DNA of 22,710 nucleotides from Candidatus Woesearchaeota archaeon. Lineage in GTDB: Archaea; Nanobdellota; Nanobdellia; Pacearchaeales; GW2011-AR1. Positions within the stretch are counted from its first letter, which is position 1, and each line of letters begins with the position of its first letter. The notes under the pieces are model-generated. The model saw nothing but the letters and a program-made list of their open reading frames with translations. It ran no database searches and had not been told where the DNA came from. Shown piece by piece: positions 14,482 to 22,025 of this stretch. Position numbers and translations under genes: made by a program. Where the stretch lies: positions 1 to 22,710 of the forward strand of contig CAZDJT010000001.1 of the NCBI GenBank assembly GCA_964505875.1, read 5' to 3'.

Positions 14482-14587
14482 AGGAAATTGCATTACCAAT
14501 TTGTCTATATTTTAAACATAAAAAATCAGCTATCTTAGTACTAAGAAACTAAATTAAGCAGGAAATTGCATTACCAATTTGTCTATA
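14482..14587. repeat. 28-bp perfect direct repeat (14482..14509 and 14560..14587), period 78 bp; the second copy is the last codons of the Cys-rich gene
   Basis: AGGAAATTGCATTACCAATTTGTCTATA occurs twice. On the minus strand it encodes YRQIGNAIS. The orphan copy continues ..YL-TAA and the gene copy continues ..CLI-TAG. Confidence 0.85.
14520..14546 (-). terminator. Putative terminator region of the Cys-rich gene: 14-bp palindrome TCTTAGTACTAAGA (14533..14546) followed on the minus strand by a T6 run (14520..14525)
   Basis: The palindrome starts 2 nt after the stop codon. Archaeal termination typically occurs at oligo-T runs. A second T7 run (14465..14471) follows the orphan repeat copy. Confidence 0.35.
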
Positions 14588-15742
14588 GGTATGTGTTGGA
14601 GGACTACCAACTGGACAAGTAGGATTAGCAGCACACTCTCCATAATTAGGATATTGCTCAAGACATGACCAAGTATACCTTCCAGTTACATTAGCTGGTA
14701 GACAATTAGTAACAATATAATAACCGCCAGCGCCAGAACAAGAACAAGCACTACCATAATAATTAGATGTTCGCTGACAAGCTACTTTGCTAGTAACAAC
14801 ACAAGCACCATTAATGCATCCATTAATATAAGAACAAAGATAGGTTTGATTTGTTTCAGAAGTACCAGAGCAGGAATATTCAGTTAAATTTCTAGTAGCA
14901 AGACTATTTATAGTAAGACCATTATCAGTGCAGAAATCTGAATGTTCAAATGAAATGCCATTAACAAAACCGCTTGTCGTTCCTCTAGAATTATAATTCA
15001 AACCGCCATCACTATCAATACAAGTCGTATCAGTAGATGAAATTGTTTTTATCAATTGTATCCCATTTATCATAGGACCATAAGATACTGGAAGAACTTG
15101 AATATTAATTCCAGTGCTTCCTACAACAATTCCTTTATATAAAACATACTGCAGATTTTGCTGCCAGGTTGAAGAGCTAAAGACAGAAGAACTGGTAGAT
15201 GTCTGTTTTACACCATAATTAACGCTCGCTGTAACATTATATTTACCTGCTTGTGCGGCTTTGTCTCCATGTCCATAAATATAAAAATCATAAGTTCCGG
15301 CAGGAATTCCAGTTAAACCAATAGCGACTTGACCACCAGACTGATATCTGTATGATCCCATCATCTTATCATTGACAGCAAAAGTAGCACCATATTTTCC
15401 AGAAAAAGTTGTGGTAAAAGCTAGTCTGACCGAACTAACCGTATTATTTGCAAATCTCATAACGCTACCGCCATCCTTATTCCAATAGTCTCCAAGATTT
15501 CCAGGTGCAACTCCCGCTCCAACCTTCGATGAAAGCACATTTCCAGTGCCAAAATCAATATTAACAAGAAAATTATTAGATACACCAACGGGACTTAATC
15601 CTACACTCTTTTCAAACCAAGTGCTGGGATTCCACCAAACAGCAGAAGCAAGAGAAACAAATAAAACGGATAACAAAGCAAAAAAGAAAACATTTTTAGC
15701 AAAACTCTTTTCATTTTTAGCAAAACTCTTTTGATTAATCAT
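14549..15742 (-). CDS. Secreted or membrane-anchored protein: N-terminal signal anchor, beta-sandwich (CBM/lectin-like) middle, C-terminal Cys-rich region with a CxDSDGG module
   Basis: 397 aa. TM or signal sequence VFFFALLSVLFVSLASAVWW. No Cys in aa 1-240, then 14 Cys in aa 241-397 (nt 14552..15022), starting CIDSDGGLNYNSRG...EYSC...C...CINGAC. A GAGGT Shine-Dalgarno-like sequence (15747..15751) lies 4 nt before the ATG. Confidence 0.6.
   Translation of the reverse strand: MINQKSFAKNEKSFAKNVFFFALLSVLFVSLASAVWWNPSTWFEKSVGLSPVGVSNNFLVNIDFGTGNVLSSKVGAGVAPGNLGDYWNKDGGSVMRFANNTVSSVRLAFTTTFSGKYGATFAVNDKMMGSYRYQSGGQVAIGLTGIPAGTYDFYIYGHGDKAAQAGKYNVTASVNYGVKQTSTSSSVFSSSTWQQNLQYVLYKGIVVGSTGINIQVLPVSYGPMINGIQLIKTISSTDTTCIDSDGGLNYNSRGTTSGFVNGISFEHSDFCTDNGLTINSLATRNLTEYSCSGTSETNQTYLCSYINGCINGACVVTSKVACQRTSNYYGSACSCSGAGGYYIVTNCLPANVTGRYTWSCLEQYPNYGECAANPTCPVGSPPTHTYRQIGNAISCLI
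15692..15733. repeat. 21-bp tandem duplication (2 units, 20/21 identical) inside the 5' end of the Cys-rich gene
   Basis: ATTTTTAGCAAAACTCTTTTC followed by ATTTTTAGCAAAACTCTTTTG. It encodes QKSFAKN-EKSFAKN just before the TM segment. Confidence 0.85.
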
Positions 15743-15816
15743 AATAACCTCTAATTATTAATAGGAGAAGAAATCATATATATATCTTTCGTTGATGAAG
15801 AATACATTAAAAAAAC

Positions 15817-18800
15817 TTACTCTATCTTAACATTCTGCTTTGCCTGATTGACTCTATCCTGCTGCTTCAAAGACTTCACAGTAGAAAGAATAACAAAGAG
15901 TATTGCAATTATAGCGGCCGCAAATAAGACTGCAAGCCCTATAATAATATAATCAGGAACACTCTTCTTTCCCGTATTGCCAGAGCCAGAAAGAGATTTA
16001 TCATCCCCAATTAATTGAACATCAATCTGAGGATTCTTGTCTTTGTATCCTGCAAACTTCAGGATAAGATCATCTTTTCCATCTCCATTTATATCGACTT
16101 GCTTTGTTTCACCAACAGCTAAATCTACTTTAACCGGTGTAGACTGAATAAGCAAAGAAACTTTATCTTTTTCAATAGCTACTACAGTTATTTTATGTGC
16201 CTCTCCAGCATAATTAAAGTAGTAAGAACCATCAACACTGACTGTCTGCTCAACATTATCGCTACCTCCGCTATTTACAACAAACACGACGCTTTGAGCA
16301 ACCGTTTCTGTAATAACTGGAACTGTTGTTGTACTTCCGCTGCCTCCTCCGCCTCCACTGCTAGAAGATTCAACAGCAGTAAAACTTATATTAGCATTCT
16401 GCAAAGTTCCCTGCTCATCAACAGCATTAACAGAGAAAGTGTATCCTCCTGCAAGATTGCTTAAGCTTCTCTGCAAAGAATAATCTGAAGCGTTATACAA
16501 TGCCTTTACTTCAGAAGCTGAAAGACTTCTATTGAATACAAGAAATTCATCCATTGTTCCATTGAAAGGAACATTCCAATATCCTGAATAATTTCTTACA
16601 CCTCCACCTATTTGCAAAGAATTCATAAAAGTATAGTTGAGTCTTAAATTCTTATTATTAGTAGAAGAAGAAACAAAGATTCCATTGTTATATCCTCTTG
16701 CTGTAGAACCATCCCAAGTAAAAGCAATATGTGTCCAATTTCCCAAAGTAACTTCATAAGGGGATGGAAAAGCCAGGTACAAACCACTATTATCATCTGA
16801 AATTCCATTCATAACAAGAATAGGCGTATTTGATGATGTATAAATCCATATGGGATGAGTTCCGTCAGCAGTATCCGCCATTGAATCACCTATAGTAAGA
16901 TATGTTTTTACATAATTAAAAGAGTCCATCTTGCTATTATTAAACCAAAATGAGATAGTATAGCTAGTAACATTAAAAGGTAAAGAGGCATTAATCCCGC
17001 CATTATAACCATTCATAACAAAAGCTCCTCCAAATTTACCATTAGGTATTGGATATCCTGAATTGTAAACAGTAGCATTTTTGCTCTTCCCGCTCCAGTC
17101 ATAAATTTTCGTGTTGTTCTCTCCAACTTCGCTCTTGTTATCAAATCTATACCAAGCCAATAAACCATCTGTAAAGAAAGCATAAGTCCTGTTGCCCATA
17201 AATCCAAGGCTTGTTGATGCATTCAAAGTCACATCTGTCCCAGTCTCACTACCATCTCTCGGACTAGGAGAAACGAAAGTAATATTGTAAACTGTCGTAT
17301 TGACAATAAATGTTCTTGACAAACTATTTCTATTTCCTAAAGTATCATTTGCATAAACTATAAAACTATAAGTCCCGTTTACAAGTGTAGAGTTGCTTGA
17401 ATTATAGTGTAAATTATCAGAAGAAGCAATAGAATAATTTGTCACTCCAGAATTGAAGCTATAAAGCAAAGAGCTTCCATTCTCATCCAAAGAAATATTA
17501 AACAAAATAGGCAGAAAGTGATAAGTTGAACTTAAAGGAGAGAAAATAGTAATATTCGGCCCAGTAATATCATTCAAAGTCACCGTTCTCTGCTCAGTAT
17601 TATTTCTTGCCCCATTTGTATCGTAAGCATAAGCCTTGAATGTGTGCGTCCCCGCAGAAACAAAGCCTGTAAAGTTATGTGAATAAGGATAAGCAGAAGA
17701 ATTATACAAAGATTGAACTTCATCTGCAGTTAAAGTCCTATTAAAAAGCATAAATTCATCCAGATTTCCAGCAAAGTCGCTTCCACCAAATGGATTTGTT
17801 CCAATTACAGAATCTGTAACAGGATTAGGATGATTTCCAACCGTGCTATTAGCTCCTTTTAAAACTCCATTCACATAAATCTTCAGTCCTGTCCCAGAAT
17901 TATAAGTTCCAACAACATGCGTCCAAGTATTAAGAGGAATTTCATCTGGACTTTGGGCAATATTCCACTGAGTTCCATTTTGAATTTGAATTCTAGGACT
18001 ATTATGGACAGAATCATAACCAAAAAGATAAGTGGTACCAATACTGACTGCTTCTCCATAAATAAACTGATCTCCTTGCGATGTTAAGTAAACCCAAGTA
18101 GAAATTGAAGACTGAGTAAGATTAGATATGAACTGCCCTCCAGCAGGATATACAACATCTCCGTCGCCGTCAAAATGGAAAGAATTATTGAATATTCCAG
18201 AGCTATTCTGAACAGCATCTCCCTCAATACTTCCATTAATGCTGTAACTGCTTGAATCAATCGGATTCCCAGAACCGTCAACATCATCAAAAGTATACCA
18301 TAACTTCAAACTTCTATCAAAATCAACAAAACTATAATGGCTTCCAGTTCCTCCAGAAGTTGAAACATTTACATAAATAGAAGTAGAATTTAAAGTCGAT
18401 TCATTGCTAGGAGTAGGTGCAGTAAAGTTGATAGCAAATTGAGGAGGGTCAACAATATAATCAAACTCTGCTCCTGCTCCCTCTACTTTCAAGTCAAAGA
18501 CATCTTGACTATGATTTAAAGCTGTTAACAAAATCCTATATTTCTTATCTTCAGAAATTGTTCCAAAGTTAGCCAGTTCTTTATCTCCATCTTTCTCATA
18601 AACTTTAACGTTCGCTATCCCCGAACTCTTAGCATAAATAGTAATATCATTCTCAGCAGTCAAATTTCTCTCAAAAGTCACACGAACAAAATGCTCTGCA
18701 GGAATTTCTTCAGTCCAATTATTATCTCTTTCTTTAACTAAATTATATATGTCTTCAATGAAAGTTCTATTCTCATCTAAATGCTCGGCTTTAGTTATAT

Positions 18801-20859
18801 AAATTATATCAAAAGTCTGATTGCTCAGATGAGGAACAACCCACTCAACATAATCTACTCTCCCATCTCCATCTAAGTCATAAGCGTCAAAAGGCATTTC
18901 CTGCCTTGAATATCTTTCGCTTGCTTGTGATGAAATAGCCTTGCCAGTAATTGAACTTTCATAAATAAAATCATTTTCCCCTATTACAATCTCTTCAGGA
19001 ACATCTTCAACACTCTTTATCTCCGCTCTCTCATTTTGATTATAATTACGCCAGTAAACTCTTATTTTATCTCTATCTTCAAGAGAAATTGAATTATCAA
19101 GTAAAGAAGAAGCAATAACATCAGTATAGTACAGCTCATCAGGAGCAGAAATAATTACGCTTTTTCCGCCAGAAATATTTTCCTCACGAGCTTCAGGAGC
19201 TTCAGTATAATATTCAATCAAATAATCCTGTGCGTTATCATTTAGATAAACTTGTATGTTATTATTGCTTGTTTCCACATCAGCAATAGCGTTCCCTGTT
19301 AGATAAGAACCGAAGTTTTTAATTAGCTTATTAAAGTAATTCTCATTTTTCACATAATCATCTATTGCTCTTCCAGTTATCTCATTTCCTGATGCATCAG
19401 TTATCTCTCTCTTTTCCACTTCTTTCTCAACTCCTTCCTCAACTTTCTTCAGAGTAATGTTCTCCGCATTTGCTGGTAACTCAACGCTTAAATTATCTGC
19501 AGTTTCCAGACTTACGCTCTTCGTCCACTTTACAGGCTCGCCAACAACTATCCTGCTTCTTAATGTAGTTACGCTTACCGCTCCAGAAGAAACAAGAATG
19601 ATAAAATTATTGCTGCTTGCTTCATCCTCTCCAGCGTAAGCAAAGAAAGTCCCAACTGCAGATCCCTTGAATTCAGATTCGGCGGTCAGTTTTACTTTCT
19701 CGCCTGTAAACTCTGCTTTTATCTCTCCTTTGGAAGTAAATGAATAACTCTCAGCGTTGGAGAAATAATTAGACAAGTCTAAAACTGTAGAGCCACTAGC
19801 AGGCACACGTATAATTGGAATCTCAGCCAGAACACCGAGAGAACTATTAGACAAAACAGTGCTATCGTTTTTTCTAAGCGCTAATTTGCTCTCTTCTTTG
19901 TCAATAGAATATTCACCATATTTTATTTCCGCTTCGAGTGAATTTCCATTGACAACTATGCCCAGACTTGACATGTTTACGATATAAATTCTTGTGCTAG
20001 AACCGGAAAAATCAGGGCCAAAGCCCTCTTCATCAATTCCATATTCAGTAGAGATAGTTAATATTCCATTTTCAACATCAATATTCAGTAGACTGCCATC
20101 AATTTCTTTACCATTAGCGTAAATACTTCCTTTAACAATTTCAGCGCCATCATACTTTCCCATATTATGAGCAAATGGTTTGCCTTTGCTCGCACTGCCG
20201 CTTATCTTCTCTTCATTTGAAATAACATTTCCAGTTAAATCGCTTCCTTCTGAAACTTGCACTGAAGGCCCCTCAGCCACGGGGACAGTTACATCTGTTT
20301 GAGTTTCAGCATTAGTATCTTCACTGCTTTTTTCTTCACCAACTTCTTCACCTGCTTGTTTTGTCAGCAAAACATCAAAGCTTATTTTAGGGTATTCTGT
20401 CTTTTTCCCCTTAAATCCATATCCTTTTCCTTCACCAGAAATATCAGTTCCTTTAATATAATATGAACCATAAGAATCTCCTTCTCCGGCAACATCTGAA
20501 AGCAAGAACTCTTTAGTCTGATTTCCTAAACTAAGAACAAGCAGAGAGTTTTCAGGCATCAATTCACCGGAAAAAACATTGAATATCAAGTTTCCAGCAA
20601 GAATCTCTCCCTGAGAATATGAATCTTTAATGTCCAAGCTAACTCTCCCAGTTAAGTTTTGCTTTACTCCCCCTTGAAGCATGAAAATAAGAGCAATTCC
20701 GACAACAAGTATAATAACTGCCAGAAGAAGATAAAGATTTGCTTTCTTTTGCTCAGTTCCTATATAACTTGTTACAACTCTGCCTTCAACTCTTTTGGTC
20801 TCATATATGTAAGGGCCATATACTTTTCCTCCTTTTTTTATAAATTTCCTATGCGTCAC
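15817..20859 (-). CDS. Giant (1680 aa) surface protein anchored at both ends, with two LamG/ConA-like lectin domains and many N-glycosylation sequons
   Basis: Single ORF with a GTG start. TM1 at aa ~41-61 (nt 20677..20739) and TM2 at aa ~1636-1661 (nt 15877..15954). LamG-like modules at nt ~17695..18309 and ~16489..17163 (WYxFD...WTH...NG...DEF(M/L)(L/V)FNR(T/S)L(T/S)A(D/S)EVxxLYN). DxDxDG motifs at 18853..18879 and 16069..16095. Ser/Gly linker at 16321..16368. Confidence 0.8.
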   Translation of the reverse strand: MTHRKFIKKGGKVYGPYIYETKRVEGRVVTSYIGTEQKKANLYLLLAVIILVVGIALIFMLQGGVKQNLTGRVSLDIKDSYSQGEILAGNLIFNVFSGELMPENSLLVLSLGNQTKEFLLSDVAGEGDSYGSYYIKGTDISGEGKGYGFKGKKTEYPKISFDVLLTKQAGEEVGEEKSSEDTNAETQTDVTVPVAEGPSVQVSEGSDLTGNVISNEEKISGSASKGKPFAHNMGKYDGAEIVKGSIYANGKEIDGSLLNIDVENGILTISTEYGIDEEGFGPDFSGSSTRIYIVNMSSLGIVVNGNSLEAEIKYGEYSIDKEESKLALRKNDSTVLSNSSLGVLAEIPIIRVPASGSTVLDLSNYFSNAESYSFTSKGEIKAEFTGEKVKLTAESEFKGSAVGTFFAYAGEDEASSNNFIILVSSGAVSVTTLRSRIVVGEPVKWTKSVSLETADNLSVELPANAENITLKKVEEGVEKEVEKREITDASGNEITGRAIDDYVKNENYFNKLIKNFGSYLTGNAIADVETSNNNIQVYLNDNAQDYLIEYYTEAPEAREENISGGKSVIISAPDELYYTDVIASSLLDNSISLEDRDKIRVYWRNYNQNERAEIKSVEDVPEEIVIGENDFIYESSITGKAISSQASERYSRQEMPFDAYDLDGDGRVDYVEWVVPHLSNQTFDIIYITKAEHLDENRTFIEDIYNLVKERDNNWTEEIPAEHFVRVTFERNLTAENDITIYAKSSGIANVKVYEKDGDKELANFGTISEDKKYRILLTALNHSQDVFDLKVEGAGAEFDYIVDPPQFAINFTAPTPSNESTLNSTSIYVNVSTSGGTGSHYSFVDFDRSLKLWYTFDDVDGSGNPIDSSSYSINGSIEGDAVQNSSGIFNNSFHFDGDGDVVYPAGGQFISNLTQSSISTWVYLTSQGDQFIYGEAVSIGTTYLFGYDSVHNSPRIQIQNGTQWNIAQSPDEIPLNTWTHVVGTYNSGTGLKIYVNGVLKGANSTVGNHPNPVTDSVIGTNPFGGSDFAGNLDEFMLFNRTLTADEVQSLYNSSAYPYSHNFTGFVSAGTHTFKAYAYDTNGARNNTEQRTVTLNDITGPNITIFSPLSSTYHFLPILFNISLDENGSSLLYSFNSGVTNYSIASSDNLHYNSSNSTLVNGTYSFIVYANDTLGNRNSLSRTFIVNTTVYNITFVSPSPRDGSETGTDVTLNASTSLGFMGNRTYAFFTDGLLAWYRFDNKSEVGENNTKIYDWSGKSKNATVYNSGYPIPNGKFGGAFVMNGYNGGINASLPFNVTSYTISFWFNNSKMDSFNYVKTYLTIGDSMADTADGTHPIWIYTSSNTPILVMNGISDDNSGLYLAFPSPYEVTLGNWTHIAFTWDGSTARGYNNGIFVSSSTNNKNLRLNYTFMNSLQIGGGVRNYSGYWNVPFNGTMDEFLVFNRSLSASEVKALYNASDYSLQRSLSNLAGGYTFSVNAVDEQGTLQNANISFTAVESSSSGGGGGSGSTTTVPVITETVAQSVVFVVNSGGSDNVEQTVSVDGSYYFNYAGEAHKITVVAIEKDKVSLLIQSTPVKVDLAVGETKQVDINGDGKDDLILKFAGYKDKNPQIDVQLIGDDKSLSGSGNTGKKSVPDYIIIGLAVLFAAAIIAILFVILSTVKSLKQQDRVNQAKQNVKIE

Positions 20860-20862
20860 TTT

Positions 20863-21071
20863 TGTAAGATAACTCTCTTTTAGCTCAAAAAAAGAGGATT
20901 TTTATGTTTATAAGCATTTCCAATAAGTTTTATAGGTAAGAAAGTGTGAGATAACTGATAACTTAGATAAAGATAAAATATAGAGGTGTGAGATAACTAT
21001 ATTTGATAAATTAGAACATTAATAATATAATTATTATCATAGTATAATAAGATAATAATAGTTATCTTACA
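20863..21071. promoter_or_regulatory. Array of four copies of the 12-mer TGTRAGATAACT in the radB / giant-gene intergenic region (candidate operator array)
   Basis: Copies: 20863..20874 TGTAAGATAACT, 20945..20956 TGTGAGATAACT, 20987..20998 TGTGAGATAACT, and 21060..21071 AGTTATCTTACA (inverted, an exact reverse complement of copy 1). Copies 2 and 3 share a 13-mer (GTGTGAGATAACT). Extra GATAA(C/A) half-sites lie at 20950..20978. Confidence 0.6.
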
Positions 21072-21075
21072 GATA

Positions 21076-21762
21076 TTAAATCCATCCTCTTTTCTTTATA
21101 CCGTCGTTGACTATTTGAAAATCGAGCTCTTCTTCTCTCAGGCTCCTGTGCTTCCTGAGAAAAGCTTTTCTCTTTCCACTGTCATTAACAAGTTCTATAA
21201 GGCATTTTCCCCAATATTTTAAAATATCTCCCCCAACCATCTTCGTTTTATCATCCCAATTGTAAACCTGATTTGTTACTATTACAGGAATTTCTCTCTT
21301 TCGCGCTATCTCAGCAAGAGTTCGCATCTGCCTGACAAGTTCAGAATTAGTCTTCTGTATCTCATTTGCATCTTTTTCTCTAGCTGAAGCAAAATCAAGC
21401 CTGTAAAGCATAGTCATGCCATCAACTATAATCAAGCTTGCCTCTTTCTTCAAATATTCCAAAAGAGTCTCAAAAGCTTTCTTTTGCTCGCTAAAACTTG
21501 TAGGTTTTAAGAGTAAGATATTCTTCAAAACTTCCTCTGTTTCCAAGCCAGCAAGCTGTTTTACTCTTTCAGCGCTAAATCCGCCCTCAGTATCGATAAA
21601 TATGACTTTCTTACCTTTCTTTGCCTGGGAAACTGCAGCCATCAGACAGAAATTTGATTTCCCAGAACCAGGCGGACCATAAATAACGCTGACAATATCT
21701 GATTCATAGCCTCCGTGAAGCCATTTATTCAAGTCATAGCTTCCTGCAGATATCTTTACCAT
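21076..21762 (-). CDS. radB: DNA repair and recombination protein RadB
   Basis: 228 aa with no N-terminal HhH domain. Walker A GPPGSGKS, plus IDTEGGFSAERV, FSEQ, IIVDG and IPVIVTNQV, which closely parallel RadB. TATA (21784..21793) lies 22 nt upstream of the ATG. Confidence 0.88.
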   Translation of the reverse strand: MVKISAGSYDLNKWLHGGYESDIVSVIYGPPGSGKSNFCLMAAVSQAKKGKKVIFIDTEGGFSAERVKQLAGLETEEVLKNILLLKPTSFSEQKKAFETLLEYLKKEASLIIVDGMTMLYRLDFASAREKDANEIQKTNSELVRQMRTLAEIARKREIPVIVTNQVYNWDDKTKMVGGDILKYWGKCLIELVNDSGKRKAFLRKHRSLREEELDFQIVNDGIKKRGWI

Positions 21763-21810
21763 TAAAATAAAATAAACAAAGAGTATATAAAAATAATTAT
21801 CTTTCGTTTT

Positions 21811-22014
21811 TTACCTCTTTTTCTTCATTGCAGACCCTGAATGTTGTTTGCACATCATACAGTGTTTGCAGGCAAAAGAGTGTACTAAAAGCACTATAGC
21901 AGCAATTATTATTACCCATCTGGAATTCACAGCCCCTAACAAATTAGGCCATATAGCCAAAACGCCAATAATAACTGCAATTATTGCTTCGCAACTCTTA
22001 CAATTGCAACTCAT
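21811..22014 (-). CDS. Small two-TM protein with terminal Cys clusters (CxCxxC ... CxxCxxC), function unknown
   Basis: 67 aa: MSCNCKSCE..(TM)..(TM)..FACKHCMMCKQH..KKKR. A strong Shine-Dalgarno GGAGG (22021..22025) lies 6 nt before the ATG, directly downstream of rpoL. Confidence 0.6.
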   Translation of the reverse strand: MSCNCKSCEAIIAVIIGVLAIWPNLLGAVNSRWVIIIAAIVLLVHSFACKHCMMCKQHSGSAMKKKR

Positions 22015-22020
22015 AAAACA

Positions 22021-22025
22021 CCTCC
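22021..22025 (-). promoter_or_regulatory. Shine-Dalgarno sequence (GGAGG) for the small Cys-cluster protein
   Basis: The minus strand reads GGAGGTGTTTTATG. This is one of the few clear SD sites in a window dominated by leaderless genes. Confidence 0.6.

Noticed and set aside
14482-14587. A diversity-generating retroelement (TR/VR pair) at the 3' end of the Cys-rich gene
   Set aside because: The repeat is only 28 bp and perfect, with no adenine-specific mismatches and no longer flanking homology. No reverse transcriptase is present in the window.
15793-15847. A C/D-box sRNA (TGATGA at 15793..15798, CTGA at 15844..15847, ~55 nt apart)
   Set aside because: The base preceding the C box is T rather than a purine. 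No internal D'/C' boxes are present, there is no terminal stem, and the 3' part overlaps the giant gene's coding end. This is a chance match in AT-rich sequence.
20944-20998. A mini CRISPR array, suggested by the 13-bp repeat with 42-bp period
   Set aside because: The repeats are only 12-13 bp, with just two direct copies plus diverged or inverted ones. There are no cas genes and no leader. An operator-type motif is more plausible.
20863-21071. A MITE bounded by the perfect 12-bp inverted repeats
   Set aside because: The flanks (..CACTTT / GATATT..) show no target-site duplication. The element would exactly fill a promoter region, and internal copies of the same 12-mer argue for binding sites. 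I cannot exclude it without genome-wide copy counts.
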